A stretch of DNA of 64,000 bases from NCBI GenBank assembly GCA_951406725.2, contig OX597836.1, forward strand, positions 5,394,001 to 5,458,000, in the 5' to 3' direction. How positions within the stretch are numbered: the first letter of the stretch is position 1; each line of letters begins with the position of its first letter. The notes below the pieces were generated by a model, which was not told the DNA's origin, made no database searches, and saw only the letters and a list, made by a program, of their open reading frames with translations. The position numbers and the translations under genes are program-made. The DNA is from Octopus vulgaris (Eukaryota). Below, in pieces: positions 14,442 to 28,486 of the stretch.

Positions 14442-14545
14442 CAGTTACCTAGCCATATCTGGAGTCTAAAGGCCAACTTCTCCATCACACACCATCAGAT
14501 GGAACATCGTAGAGCGATGCATGTCTTATCTTAATCGATCAGGTT
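14442..14545 (+). pseudogene. Penelope-like GIY-YIG relic (second lineage)
   Basis: QLPSHIWSLKAN / (frameshift) HHTIRWNIVERCMSYLNRSG resembles the PLE motif LS.HIW.LK......I.W.I......Y. Confidence 0.55.
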
Positions 14546-16088
14546 ACATATACACATAGGTGCGTGGCCAAAAAATTTCATATTCTTATTTGACCTCTGA
14601 CTTCCACGGTCATACAAAATTCCAGAGCAGAAACTTTTATTAAACGTAAATGTATTACCAAATTTCTTTGGTAGAAATGGAAGATTCAACCTTCTTCACG
14701 TTAAAGCCTCACATTTTACTTCATTCTCATTAGATTAATTTTCACTAAAGAAATTAATTCTGCTTCGAGTCCCATCCACAGTAATTCTGATCTGAAGAGA
14801 CACAAGAGCGAAAATTCTTGATTTTCGCCATTCCGCATTTTGCCTTTACCTTCCTTTCATCCTTTCCATGATTTCACAAAGACCAGGCTCCTTACTCGCT
14901 TTTTCAACAAAGGCCTGTCAAGTTCTGTATCTGAGATAATTATTTATATATGTTATAATTTATAAAAAAAAAACAGTAAAAAGGTTGTCATTATATAACA
15001 CGGAGTTTCGAATGTCGGAGGGGAAAGCTACTATACACGCTCGTCAGGTATTAATGGCAACAGACTGTTGAATAAAAGGGAAGTTACTCTAATAGGTACT
15101 AAATAAAAATGAAAGAAAAATACACGCAACCATATTCTCACAATGCATAAACATAAACCTCCTGCGTTCACAACGTCTACATAAGTACCCACTCACACAC
15201 GCACACATGTATATATATACATACATGTATATATATAAATATATATATATGTATGTATATATATATGTGTGTGCGTGCGTGTGTACGCAACTTCATCCTC
15301 ATATACACATAGGTGCGTAAATGCATTCACGTAACATAATACATATATATTTAGACATTTATATGCATAAATATACGTGTATATACAGAGACATACATTC
15401 ACACTCCTGCATATATACAAACATGTGTATATCCGTATAAATGAAGGCGGAATGTGCATGAAATTAGTACATATGTGCCGGGCAATGTCTTACACGCATA
15501 TATATACATATATACATACACAAGTTCACACAAATACATGTAATATACATGAAAAGAAAAACGCCCACTCATACGTGTCGGGAACATAGTGCCAAGATCA
15601 AATATGAGACGTTGTTCGTTTGGTTTCCCAGAGAAGCCGGGTCCATGGTGGGAGGCCATGCCACAAACTGATAAATCTGCAATATGCATGTATGTAGAGA
15701 TATATGTATCTAAATGCAAACATTGATACATAAGTGTATATATAAGTGTGTGAGTGCGTGTGTATGATTGTGTGTGATAATGTGTGTGTATACGTGTACA
15801 TATTCCTATACATAAAAATATATATTGTATTGATACATAAGTGTGTCCGTATGTGTGAGAACCTGTGTGTATATATGCGTTTATGTTCAGGAAAACGTGC
15901 GTCTGCGAGCGTCCGTGAGTTGTGCGTATGTGCGTGTTGTGTGTGTGTGTGTATGTATGTGTGTGTGTGTGCATGTGTCTTCTTGTATATGTATCAATGT
16001 GTATCTTAAGCTAGACTGTAGAATGTCTTGCGTATTCATAAAAGTATCATTCGGTGTTTTCATTCTAGATATTTTCATTAACGAAAAG

Positions 16089-16151
16089 ATGGAAGCGCCT
16101 GTCGCTGTGGCACAGAAGGCAACTTTTCTTCAAGAAAAACCGTTAGAGGAG
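16089..16151 (+). CDS. Candidate first coding exon (MEAPVAVAQKATFLQEKPLEE)
   Basis: Upstream acceptor GTTTTCATTCTAG at 16068, AAAGATGG start context, weaker donor GAG|GTCCGT, locally raised GC. Confidence 0.3.
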
Positions 16152-16729
16152 GTCCGTTTGATGTTTGTATTTCTTATTCATCTATTTGTTCAGAAGTGTA
16201 AAGGTGAAAAATGATTCGGCTAACCGCTGAACCATTTGATTCGTCTATTCGCTGCTTCCTACATTCGTTTATTCTGATTCGTATTTAAAAACTCCCACAT
16301 TTATTTTTTTTGGTTTTTCTTTTTTATATTCTTTATTCTGCTGCCTTTGAGTTTGAGAATGCTATTTGAGATTCGTATAGAAATACTTTTATTTTTCATT
16401 TAAGCGTTAAAATAGGAAAGGGAAATCTTGTGAAGTTTAGCTGGGATGGCGAGATGTGAAGAAAAGATGGAGGCGCAAAGGGGAGAGAGGTGACATGGTT
16501 TTGATCAAAGAAATACTGGTAGCCAATTTGATTTTTCACAATATGGCTCTTATCAATGCTGCTGTTTTCTGTTATAGTTGTTGGCACTGTTTAGTTCCAA
16601 GTATGCTCTGCTCTAGTAGACCTATGGGCATAGGACTTTCCAACCGTGATCATCCGGTCTACCTTCTTTCAGGTACAGATTCGACAAATTGACAAAACTG
16701 TTAGTAACCGCGAAGAACATGCCTTAGAG

Positions 16730-16999
16730 CAGTGATTCTTAACCATTTTTCTTTCCTCTGTCTCCTTTGATTCTTGTGTTATTCGGAATCCCGTAGCCCT
16801 TTGATGTCTGAAAAAAAAACACATTATATATTTATAATTAAATATTATCAGAAATTGTATAAAAATGTTAAAGTATTTTCTGTTTCACAGAAGTATAACC
16901 AAGTTATTGCAAATACATTTTAACAACTAAATTTTATATGGATCCCCAAGGGTCACGTGGACCACCAAGCGTCACGTGGACGGTAGTTGAGTATAACTG
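16730..16999. mobile_element. hAT (Charlie-like) MITE, 270 bp
   Basis: Imperfect TIRs CAGTGATTCTTAAC / GTTGAGTATAACTG flanked by a perfect 8-bp TSD CCTTAGAG (16722-16729, 17000-17007); subterminal repeated GTCACGTGGAC. Confidence 0.85.
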
Positions 17000-17096
17000 C
17001 CTTAGAGTATTCTTTAATTTCTGAGATCAAATCATTCTGAAATCAACTTAGCTTTGCATCCTTGGAGGAACGATAATATATATATGTATATAAAAT

Positions 17097-17298
17097 GTGA
17101 CCGCGTGTGTACCGTTGGTGATTTTTTTTCCTCTGTCTTCCCTTCTCTGGATCTTTCCTTCTCTTATGTTTCCGACGAAGAGCTCCGCTCGAAACGTTAA
17201 ACCCTCCTTCTTTCCTTCTTTCCTGAGCGTCCAATATTTGTTCCACGTCCTCGCGTTGTTGAGTTTTCTCTTTGTGTTTTCATGTTTGGATTAACTAT
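17097..17298 (+). mobile_element. Repeat family E2: ~200-bp pyrimidine-rich element with a minimal hammerhead, ending at (TA)n
   Basis: GTTT-CCGACGA-A-GAGC-TCC-GCTC-GAAACGTT-AAAC at 17168-17202. Further copies at 43726-43930, 48300-48492 and a 3' piece at 38835-38912, ending at or near TTTGGATTAAC(TA)n. Confidence 0.75.
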
Positions 17299-17361
17299 AT
17301 ATATATATATATATGTATGTATATATATATATATGTATGTATATATATATATCTATCTATC

Positions 17362-17394
<33 letters not shown>

Positions 17395-17398
<4 letters not shown>

Positions 17399-17615
17399 CT
17401 TTATTGCCCAGAGGGGCGCTAAACTTAGAGGGGACAAACAATGACAGACAAAGAGATTAAGTCGGTTACTCGAACCCAGTATGTAACTGGTACTTATTTA
17501 ATCGACCTCGAAAAGACGAAAGGCAATGTCGACCTCGGCGGAATTTGAACTTACAAGGGCAACGGCAGACGAAATTCTGCTAAGCATTTCGCCCGGCCTG
17601 CTAACGATTCTGCCA
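17395..17615 (-). mobile_element. SINE family B monomer
   Basis: Collinear with 2371-2601. Confidence 0.85.
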
Positions 17616-17971
17616 AATGGTATAATTCCTGCTCTTTTATGAGTTTGAGGTTCTTCGTGGTCGGCTTTTATTTCCGTAGTTCTGAGGTTAAGGAAATGCC
17701 GTACCAGTTGATATTCATGGTTTGGCAGAATCATTAGGATATCGAACGAAATGCTTTGTTGCTGCTGTTGCCGTATTTGTTGTGAATAGGTGAGCGCTAA
17801 TCACGGTCTTAGCCGTTGTAGTGTGCTTGGTAAATGTTTAACCTTGAGGCAGTTTAGATCAAACAGACTTTGTTGTAAATTGTTTTTATATAATCCCAGA
17901 TCATACTTCAGCTTGAAGACCCGTCAGCAAGAACTTTTCACCTACAGTAATCTTGTTTGAATGGGTGTATT

Positions 17972-18049
<78 letters not shown>

Positions 18050-18052
<3 letters not shown>

Positions 18053-18452
18053 GTGTTTAGCCCCTTGTGGGTAGTAAAGGAATAGGCATTTCGTCTGCCG
18101 TGCGATCTGAGCTCAAATTCCGTCGAGGTTGACTTTGCCTTTCATTCTTCCGGGGCCGATAAATTAAGTACCATTTGCATACTGTGGTCGATGTAAGCCA
18201 CTTAATCTGTCCTTGTTTGTCCACGCTATGTTTGGGCAATAAAGAAATAAGAAACGTCAGCACACCGGTCGAAATGCTTAGAGGTATTTCGTCTGTCTTT
18301 ACGTTCTGAGCTTAAATTCTACCGAGGTCTACTTTGCCGTTCCTGCTTTCGGGGGCGGGCGATAAATCAAGTACCAGTTGCGTACTGGGGTCGATCTAAT
18401 CGACTGGCCCCCTCCCCCAAAACTTCGAGCCATGTGCCTAGGATAGAAAAGA
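18050..18452 (+). mobile_element. SINE family B tandem array (tail1-body-tail1-head/body-tail2)
   Basis: Repeated body blocks and both tail types. Confidence 0.85.
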
Positions 18453-19109
18453 AGTGTAAGCATATTGTTTATATAAATGTCTTTTTTTTCCGGAGTTTCG
18501 AATGTTTTACCCGAATGTATTTGCATACATATAGATAAATATATATACATATATCCGTACATAAGCACACCTACACACACACACATACACACATTTATAA
18601 ATATACACACTCATATATATGTGCGTGTGTATGTGTGTATGCATATATGAATGAGAATGACATATTTATCGGTGTTTCTATGCGGCTAAATCATTGTGAC
18701 CCCTTGACCTATAGTAAGGAACCTGCCAAATGTGGGATACAGTTACCACGTGATTATCTGAAAACCGTAACGAAGATCATTATCGTGCCAATCTAAGTTT
18801 TCTAGGCTTTGTAGATTGTGCGAAAACGATGACAATCTATGTGAAACTCGGGGAGAGGTCGCCAGAAAATAATGCTTACCTCACACAGCAATTCCGGCAC
18901 TTCTCTCTCTTCCTCTCCTTTTATTTCCCTTTCTACAACATATCTCTCCTTCTCTTCCCCCTTCTCTCCCCCCTCTCTCTTTACCTCTACCTCTTGCTCA
19001 CTATCTATCAAGATCTTTTTAATCTCGAACGTCCTCTCCTTGGTTACTCAACTTCAAAAGCGCAATGGTTTAACATATACATGTTGCGCATAGAAAATAG
19101 AAAAATAGA

Positions 19110-19217
19110 GACATGCATGTAAGGATATATGCACGTGTATATATATGCGTGTATATATGTATATATGTATGTGTATATGTATACATATATGTATCTATAT
19201 ATGTATATATATATATG

Positions 19218-19253
<36 letters not shown>

Positions 19254-19625
19254 TGTATGTATGTATATAGGTGCGTATGTATATATATGTATATATGTAT
19301 ATATATATGTGTATATATATATATATGTATGTATGTATGTATATATGTATATATGTATGTATATATGTATGCATATATGTTTGTATGAATATATGTATAT
19401 ATATATATGTATATATATATATGTATATATATGTATGTATGTTTGTATATATATATATATGTATGTATGTATGTATATATGTATATATGTATGTATATAT
19501 GTATGCATATATGTTTGCATGCGTGTATGTATATATGTATGTTTGTATATATGTATATATGTATGTATATATGTATGTTTGTATATATGTATATATGTAT
19601 GTATATATGATATGTATGCATGTAT
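19110..19625. repeat. (TA)/(TATG) compound microsatellite
   Basis: Read directly. Confidence 0.95.
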
Positions 19626-19715
19626 GCACAGGTGTATGTCCGTATGTTAATATTCGTGTATGTAAATGTGTATGTCTGTATCAATGTGTGTGTGTGTGTT
19701 CACATACATAATTAC

Positions 19716-19880
19716 AGACCTAGGTGTGGCTGCGTGGTTAAGTAGTTTGCTTCCCAACCACATGGTCTTGTGTTCGCTCCTAAGGCCCAGCTTATGCAGT
19801 AAAAATCATGCAATATAACTTCTATGAAACAAAACCTTCTGACGAGAGATGTGTAACGGAATTTGAAAGAAGCTTGTCGC
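19716..19880 (+). mobile_element. SINE family A 5' half, diverged
   Basis: GTGGCTGCGTGGTTAAG...CCAACCACATGGT...TGAAAGAAGC. Confidence 0.65.
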
Positions 19881-19935
19881 ATGTATATGTATATATATAT
19901 ATATATAAATATGCGTGTGTGTGTGTATGCATGTG

Positions 19936-19999
<64 letters not shown>

Positions 20000-20006
20000 T
20001 ACATAC

Positions 20007-20055
<49 letters not shown>

Positions 20056-20272
20056 TGTATGCATCTATGTATGTGTGCATGTATGTAAATGCTTTCAGTT
20101 TTTAGTTGCAATAAAAGACATTTTACACTATTCCGAAGGTTTCTCCGATATTTTAGGCCAGTACTAATATATTATTGCATAACACGAGTAGTATTCACGG
20201 TGACTGCGATGTACATATATATATATATATATGTATATGCATGTGTGTGTGTGTATGTGCGTAGGTGGGTGG

Positions 20273-20304
<32 letters not shown>

Positions 20305-20474
20305 CTGTATGTTATGGAAGAAACAGCTGGAATAAAATTTGGTAAGTAGCATTTATAGTCCCATTGCATATGTTTCCCTAGAAATATGGGTTACATAAAT
20401 ATATATGTAGAACAATATGTAAGACATCTAACATTTCTAACTCTTTTATTGCAACTAAACATGAAAGGAACCAT

Positions 20475-20559
20475 TTACATACATACATAAATACATACAT
20501 ACATGCATACATACATATATACATACATACATACATATATACATACATACATACATACA

Positions 20560-20593
<34 letters not shown>

Positions 20594-20797
20594 CATACAT
20601 ATATATACATACATACATACATATATACATACATACATACATACATACATACATACATACATACATACATAAATACATACATACATGCATACATATATAC
20701 ATACATACATACATATATACATACATACATATATACATACATACATACATATATGCATACATACATATATACATACATACATACATATATACATACA

Positions 20798-20831
<34 letters not shown>

Positions 20832-20845
20832 CATACATACATATA

Positions 20846-20879
<34 letters not shown>

Positions 20880-20968
20880 CATACATACATACATAATACA
20901 TACATACATACATACATAAATACATACATACATGCATACATACATATATACATACATACATACATATA

Positions 20969-21002
<34 letters not shown>

Positions 21003-21196
21003 CATACATGCATACATATATACATACATACATATATACATACATACATACATATATACATACATACATATATACATACATACATACATATATACATACG
21101 TACATACATATATACATACATACATACATATATACATACATACATATATACATACATACATACATACATACATACATACATACATACATACATACA
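20475..21196. repeat. (TACA)n microsatellite, ~720 bp
   Basis: Read directly. Confidence 0.97.
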
Positions 21197-21231
21197 TTTC
21201 TAACTCTCAACGGCAAATTTATTTACAAGTA

Positions 21232-21397
21232 GGCGTAGGAGTGGCTGTGTGGTAATTTGCTTGCTTACAAAAAAAAAAACCGTGGTTCCGTGTTCAGTCC
21301 CACTGCGGGGTACCTTGGGCAAGTGTCCTCTACTGCAGCCTCGAGCCGACCAAAGCCTTGTGGGTGGATTTGGTAGACAGAAATTGAAAGTACGTCG

Positions 21398-21490
<93 letters not shown>

Positions 21491-21688
21491 GTGTGTGTGT
21501 TTGTGTGTCTGCGTTTGTCACACAGACAACAGATGCTGGTGTGTTTACGTCCCTGTATACTAGCGGTTAGACAATAGAAACCAATAGAATAAGTCCTATA
21601 CTTACAAAGAATAGGTCCTGGTGTCGATTTGTTCGACTGCTGGCGGTGCCCCAGCATGGCCGCAGTGAAATAGCTGAAACAAGTAAAA
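21232..21688 (+). mobile_element. SINE family A, full length
   Basis: Collinear with 5009-5468. Confidence 0.88.
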
Positions 21689-21787
21689 TCTGGAAATATG
21701 TAGAAGGGCTTCATGATAAACACGTGTGTGTGCGTGCGCGCGTATGTGTGTAAATAAATAAATAAACAAATATATATATATGTATAT

Positions 21788-22132
21788 ATGGTGCCAAGGA
21801 TTCCAACATCACCATCAAAATACAGGTCCAGATACTGCAACAGCTTGGGTTTCAGAGGACCACAGCTTTTCAACATCCTCCCTAAATGCCTGAGAGACTT
21901 ACATGGTGTGGATGTGGGTTTCTTTAAAACTAAACTGGATCTCTTCTTGTTGGGAGTCCCAGATGAACCTACCTCACGACAGGAGACACGGATGCGGGCA
22001 GCAGCATCGAACTCCCTTGTTGATCAAGTGCCACGTATCAGAGGTGGATTCACAAACTAGTGTGGCTCATTCAGCGGTGGTGCCCCAGCATGGCCGCGGC
22101 CTTCGGGCTAAAACATTTTTAAGGATTTAAGG

Positions 22133-22136
<4 letters not shown>
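21788..22136 (+). mobile_element. 3' end of a second CR1/L2-group LINE family
   Basis: ORF 21788..22060 (NSLGFRGPQLFNILP...FKTKLDLFLLGVPDEP...NSL) aligns by eye with the C-terminus of the 34392-35576 protein. Short 3' UTR, (TTTAAGGA)-type tail, TA-rich flanks. Confidence 0.85.
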
Positions 22137-22171
<35 letters not shown>

Positions 22172-22878
22172 AAGGAGGCGCTGAATAAATTGTCGTATAA
22201 AATTCGCAAAAAATGGAAATAACACTGACCTCGCATCTTAACAGATATATCTAATAAAATTACCTAAAAATATATTGAAATGCTAAAGGTCCATACACAC
22301 ACACACACACACAAGCGCGCCTACATGTGCATATATTTGTCAAGAGGGATAACAGAATTATTCAAGTGTAAACAACTCGTTTCAAGTAAGGAACTGAGCT
22401 TGTATGTGATAGTAAAAAAAAAAAAAATGGGCAAAAATGCTGCATTCGGAATCATGTGTTAGTCACAAATGAATTATTTATGATCCTTCCTCTTTGAACG
22501 CTCCTTAAGGATAATCCTTATCTCATAGGAAACATCACTGTCTTTTCATACTAAATAGGAAACTATCTCTCGGGGACCACACGATGTGTATTACACAAGA
22601 AATTACTTATTTTTATGATGTAAACACTTATATACAATCTGCTGTTGTCGTATTCATTTATTGTAAAGTTCGGGAAGATAGCCTAATGTATTGAAACAAC
22701 TGCAGTGTTGCCAAGTATCTTGTAGTTAATAAAAGAAATAAATTATTGCTTCTGCTTCTATAAAGTATTGGAATTTTTTTTTTTTTCTGTTTTCTCTATT
22801 TATCTCCAGCGTTCTTGCTCCTTCTCTCTGCCACTCTCCATCTCCATCTCTGCCCCGTTCTCGCTTTCTTTGTGTGTG

Positions 22879-23030
<152 letters not shown>

Positions 23031-23464
23031 GTACTTAGATACACATATATATATGCATACATGTATATGTGTGTGTGTGTATACGTATCTATATTTATGC
23101 ATGTATGTGCATGAATATATGCACACACATTAACGCACAAACGTATACTATATACACACATACGTACTCACATATATAAAGTGTAAACTGTATTAAAATA
23201 AGAATATATAGATTAAACAACGTACGAAGAGCGTCAGTGCCAAGAAATTCTTAGATTAACTACAGTGTAACATATTACCATTTGGCCGTTCTTCAGTTAA
23301 AAGTCCACATCACCACCAATGCCAGCACCAATACCACTGCCACAAAATAAAAGAAAAAGATATACAGACGAAGATAAAAATGCGAAAAAAAGTAAAAATA
23401 AAAGGCTAAATATACTTAGAAGAAGAGTTCTGATTTAATTGTATGGAGTAAGAATTTGAAGCAA

Positions 23465-23630
23465 AACTGACTCTGTCCAAAATTGTCTGTCCGTGGCATC
23501 GAGGAGGAAATTATCCAATGGTTCTATTCAACTTCTGATAATAGGATTGTTTAAATGGTATAGCAATATATAATCTTTGATAACCGGCCAACTACTTCTC
23601 ATAGAATCCATTCGAGTGTTCCAAATTGCC
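23465..23630 (+). pseudogene. Old LINE RT fragment
   Basis: SKIVC/LSVRGIEEEIIQWFYS..DNR...IFDN.......IHSSVP resembles KL...GI.G....W...L..R...V.......GVPQG. Confidence 0.45.
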
Positions 23631-24169
23631 ATAAAGAAATGGAAAGAAGTTTTCGAAGGAATTAGTGGATGGAAGAATCCAGACAATGATATCGAAAGAA
23701 TATATTCATCGTTTCGGTTTTTGTTGTTTTTTTTGTTGTGTGTGTTTAACTAATTTTAACTGTTTGTTTTTAAATAGTTTCTTATTTTATTAGCGGTGCT
23801 GTTGCTTGTGCTCAAAGGGGCTGGTGTTGGTGTTGGTGGGGATCAGATTGGCGGATATTCTTCATTTCCTTTCGGTTCCTGGTTAATCGAATTGTTATAT
23901 TACGGTTATAATTTGAGGAACTGCTTCGGTATTTGTGTGTATGTGTGTATGTGTGTGTGTGTGTGTGTGTGTATGTGTGTGTGTGTGTGTCTGTGTGTGT
24001 GTGTGTGTCCGTTGGTCTATCATATATTTAAAAGAGACCACTGTGGGGAGCATGGTTGACATGGAAGTAAAGCCGAAAGAATCTATTCAATGCGTTCTTG
24101 TTATTACTTTTTATTGATGTTATTTTTGTTATTGAAAGTGTTATTGTACTGTTCCTCTTGCTACATTGA

Positions 24170-24214
24170 TTATTATTATATTATTATTATTATTATCATT
24201 ATCATTATTATTAC

Positions 24215-24274
<60 letters not shown>

Positions 24275-24305
24275 CATCATCATTGTTGTTGTTGTTGTTG
24301 TTGTT
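24170..24305. repeat. (TAT)n / (CAT)n / (TGT)n microsatellite
   Basis: Read directly. Confidence 0.95.
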
Positions 24306-24309
24306 ATAG

Positions 24310-24465
24310 GATCGTTAGCACGCTGGACGGATTGCTTAGCGGTATTTCGCCCGTCCCTAACTTCTGAGTTCAAATTCCGCCGAGGTCGACTTTACCTTTC
24401 ATCCTTTCAGCGGTCGATGTAATCGACCGGTCCCCATCCTCCAGAAATTTCAGGCTTTGTGTTGG
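24310..24465 (+). mobile_element. SINE family B
   Basis: ATCGTTAGCACG...GCTTAGCGGTATTTCG...GAGTTCAAATTCCGCCGAGGTCGAC. Confidence 0.8.
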
Positions 24466-24977
24466 AGGAAAGCCCTCTATCGTGAAGGGTCGTTGATCTA
24501 GTTAAGCAATTTTGGGTAAGATGATAAAAATGCTGCAATTAAGACAGAATTGGAATCGCATTGTGACCAGCGCTGTATAACAGCATCTCGTGATCTGGTC
24601 GAAACACTGGATATATGATTTTAAGGAGATTCGGTTGCAATTTCTTGCAAATTGAATGAATAGTGAGAATCACTTTGATTTTTCATTTCATTGCTGTTAT
24701 TACTGATGTTATTCTCGCTTAGCCACGGTTCAGTATTTAACCGGCAAGCCTCTTATCGAAGATATTCAAAGAGTGACCAGCCTAGCATGAAATCCAGAAA
24801 TCTTCCTAACATTGCGCCATTACACTGTATAAGCTTGCTAAAATCTGTCGATCTTGTTTCAGGCTAGAATTGACTGGTGTGTTTATCATACTGATCGAAG
24901 GTAGAGAGCACCCATCGTTTATAATATTTGTATCACAGTAGCCGGCTATAATAGTTTTTATTATAAATATGTACCCC

Positions 24978-25031
<54 letters not shown>

Positions 25032-25356
25032 GTATATGTACTTATATATATATCTATATACTTACTTATAAATATATATATGTATACATACATACATATA
25101 TATGTATATATGTGTGTGTATGTATGTATATATATATATATATATTGGAAAGTGTGTGAGATTCCTTGTACAGTTAGATATTTTTGCAAAAAGAAATGAA
25201 TGGTTTCACTGGTAGATCTAATCAGTTTAATTTATTATTATCTTAATTCTTTAATAATATAAATTTAAAAAATAAGAAATTAGGCTGATCATAACTACCA
25301 GTGAAGTCATTCTGTTTCCGTATTTATATATATATATATCCATATCCATAGCCATA

Positions 25357-25422
<66 letters not shown>

Positions 25423-26094
25423 GAGAGGGAGACATAAGAGATGGGGAGAAACAGAAAGAAAGAAGGCCGACCGTCCTTTGCTGGTAGTTTTCTTTGCACA
25501 ATTCCACTGACAAGATCTCGCCCTATATGTCAAGATTTATTATTTAGCTTAGAATCACAAGGCTTATCCCTAAATTATTCTTATTAGTGTGACAGAAATG
25601 TTAATAAGAATTGATAACTTTATGATTTTATTTAATTGTAATCGAATTCGGAAATTAATTAAACTGTCCAAATACGGCCCTTACTTGTAACATTAATCAT
25701 TTGCAATCTATTTCACAGCATAATTGTGGGAAAATTAAACTGATTAATTAATTAATTTAAATTTTTGTCTTCATTTTATTCGACATCTTTTGTTAGAATT
25801 TTTTTTTCTCCTAATGTCAGTATTTTATCTGACAGCATGAATACTTGAGCAATGTCTCAAACGTATTATATCTCTCCTCTCCATTTAACTTTAACGACCT
25901 TCAGACAACTCTGTGGTACTTCCTTAGATCTCGAAAGAGGTGAAACAGGCGGAAGAAGGCGGAAAAAGGCGGATGTATACGAGCGTAAGGGGTGACTAAT
26001 GAAACGGCTACATGAAACAAGGGCATTCTCTCCGGTCGGTTACCGATTCTGCTCGTTTTGTTGGCTTCTATAGAAATCATTTCTACTATCAGTA

Positions 26095-26430
26095 CAGAGC
26101 CTGAAATTATACAGGAGGTGGTAGTGTGGTCGATTACAGCGACGAACAGGTATCGATTCCGATAGGATAAGAGATGAAAACCACCTCGTCGGGATTTGAA
26201 CTCAGAACGTAAGAATGTGCTGCCGATTTTGCTAGGTTTTTGACTTCTATAATGATGGTTTGAAATTTTGGAGCAAGTCGATTAAATCGATCCCAGTCTT
26301 TAATGGGTACTAATTTTATCAACCTCGATAGGATAATCGCAAAGTCGACCTCGGCAGGATTTGAACTCAGAAAATAAAAACGTACGAAATGCTGCTGTTA
26401 AGTATTTTGTGCGATGTGTTACCAATTCTG
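26095..26430 (-). mobile_element. SINE family B, two diverged units
   Basis: Two GGATTTGAACTCAGAA blocks with flanking family motifs. Confidence 0.7.
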
Positions 26431-26644
26431 TCAGGCTGTTGTAGGAAATACAGAAGGAAAAGTATTCTCATTGGCGAACGCGTTTCTAGATATACAAGTA
26501 AATTCATGTCCGCTTCATAGCAGGCGTCTTATCACTGAAATGCTGAACGAGCAGACATCATACACGACTAAAGAACAACAACAGCAACAACAATTGAACG
26601 GCTGCAGCTGCTCAATATGTTAGCGTTTATATGGGAAACTTTTG

Positions 26645-26995
26645 AAGGCGCATGGTTCAGTGGTTAGAGCGTAGGGCTCACATTCAAGAGGTTGTGAGTT
26701 CGATTCCCCGACCGTGAATGTTGCTCAAGAATGTTGGGTTCTTGAGCAAGACACTTTATTTCACGCAGCTCCAGTTCACTCAGCTGCAGAAATGAGTTGC
26801 GACGTCACTGATGCCAAGCTGTATCGGCCCCTTTGCCTTTCTCTTGGATAACATCAGTGGCGTGGAGAGGAAAGGCTGGTATGCATGGGCGACTGCTGGC
26901 CTTCAGTAAACCACCTTACACAGTCTTGCGCCTCGGAGGGTAACTTTCTAGGTGCAGTCCCATGGTCATTCATGACCGAAGGGCTCTCCTCCTTA
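26645..26995 (+). mobile_element. SINE family C, full length
   Basis: A-box TGGTTCAGTGG, B-box GAGTTCGATTCC, TTCTTGAGCAAGACAC core; a second, internally deleted copy at 12834-13045. Confidence 0.85.
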
Positions 26996-27235
26996 TATGG
27001 TAAACTTATTCTTTTTATTCTTTTAATCTTGTACTTGTTTGTAACTTGACTCTGGCTATGCTGGAGCACCACCTAATATACAACAATCATGATAGGTTCT
27101 TAAAGGAAAGACTGAATCCGGAAGAAAACAAGGTGACTTGGAGAACAACAAAAGCAGAGGAGGATATACGGGTGGAAAAACTGTAGTCAAGTGCAAAAGA
27201 CAGCCATCAGCAGGGCAGTAGGTAGAAAAAATGAA

Positions 27236-27276
<41 letters not shown>

Positions 27277-27864
27277 ATGGAATGCTTATATGACATCTGA
27301 CGTGAAATGGAGACAGAAGGTACACCAGTTTTAGAGCTGAATCTCTTTACATTGATATTCTATTCGACCAGTACTCGTGTGAGGTGTAGGTATATTCACC
27401 ATTACTGTAATTGCTACACGTAAGTCCTTATAATTCTGAAAGATCTTGTAAGCCAATACAAAGCAACAAGGAAGGAAGGAAAAAAAAGTCACTACATTTA
27501 CCATTCACAATATGTTTGTATCAAAATGTCAAAATCCTGATTGTATAAACTGACGTTCGAATAAATAACCATATTCTAGATTCTAGATTTCGTCTGCAGA
27601 AGCGTTGGCTGTACAATCAACAACAAAATTGAATTAATCTGGTAATATATTCTTGCGACATTGAATTTACTGCCTAAATTCTTCAACACGCGACATTTTT
27701 CCTGCATCCCTATGTATATAATAGAGTGTGTATAAATATATAAATACATGCACTCACACAGACACACAGACACACAGACACACACACGCACACACACGCA
27801 TATATATATATATATATATATTTATTGGCTAAACTGGCAATATGACCATTCCGAAATATAACAC

Positions 27865-27913
<49 letters not shown>

Positions 27914-27948
27914 TTTACATATATAAATATATACACATATATATATAC

Positions 27949-28007
<59 letters not shown>

Positions 28008-28232
28008 TGTATGTAAAGGTATATATGCATATATATGTATATATAAATATATATTCATGTGTGTTTGTGTGTGTATGTGTGATTGTGTGTTTGTTTATGT
28101 GTGTATCTGTGTATATACACATAGATGTTTCAATAATTATATAACTATGTTCACGTAAACATTTATACACACATGTTTGTGTGTACATGCATATAAAGAC
28201 ATATATACATATACATACACACGCGCACACAT

Positions 28233-28390
28233 ACATACATACTTGCAGAAGTATATAAAGCTATGATCGTATACACACACACAAATACATACAAACACAC
28301 ACAATCATACATACTTGCAGAAGTATATAAAGCTATGATTGTATACACATACACACATACATACTTGCAGAAGTATATAAAGCTATGATT

Positions 28391-28395
<5 letters not shown>
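28233..28395 (+). repeat. Three copies of a ~34-bp unit separated by variable CA-rich linkers
   Basis: CATACATACTTGCAGAAGTATATAAAGCTATGAT x3. Confidence 0.9.
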
Positions 28396-28434
<39 letters not shown>

Positions 28435-28486
28435 GCACACCTGTATATAGGTATGTCAGACAAAATGGTTTGTCTCTTTCCAATGT

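Noticed and set aside
26645-26715. tRNA gene
   Set aside because: A and B boxes are present, but there is no convincing cloverleaf or poly-T terminator and the sequence continues into a SINE body.
28233-28395. CRISPR-like repeat-spacer pattern (three ~34-bp repeats)
   Set aside because: The linkers are related CA-rich simple sequence, the context is eukaryotic and there are no cas genes; this is a minisatellite.
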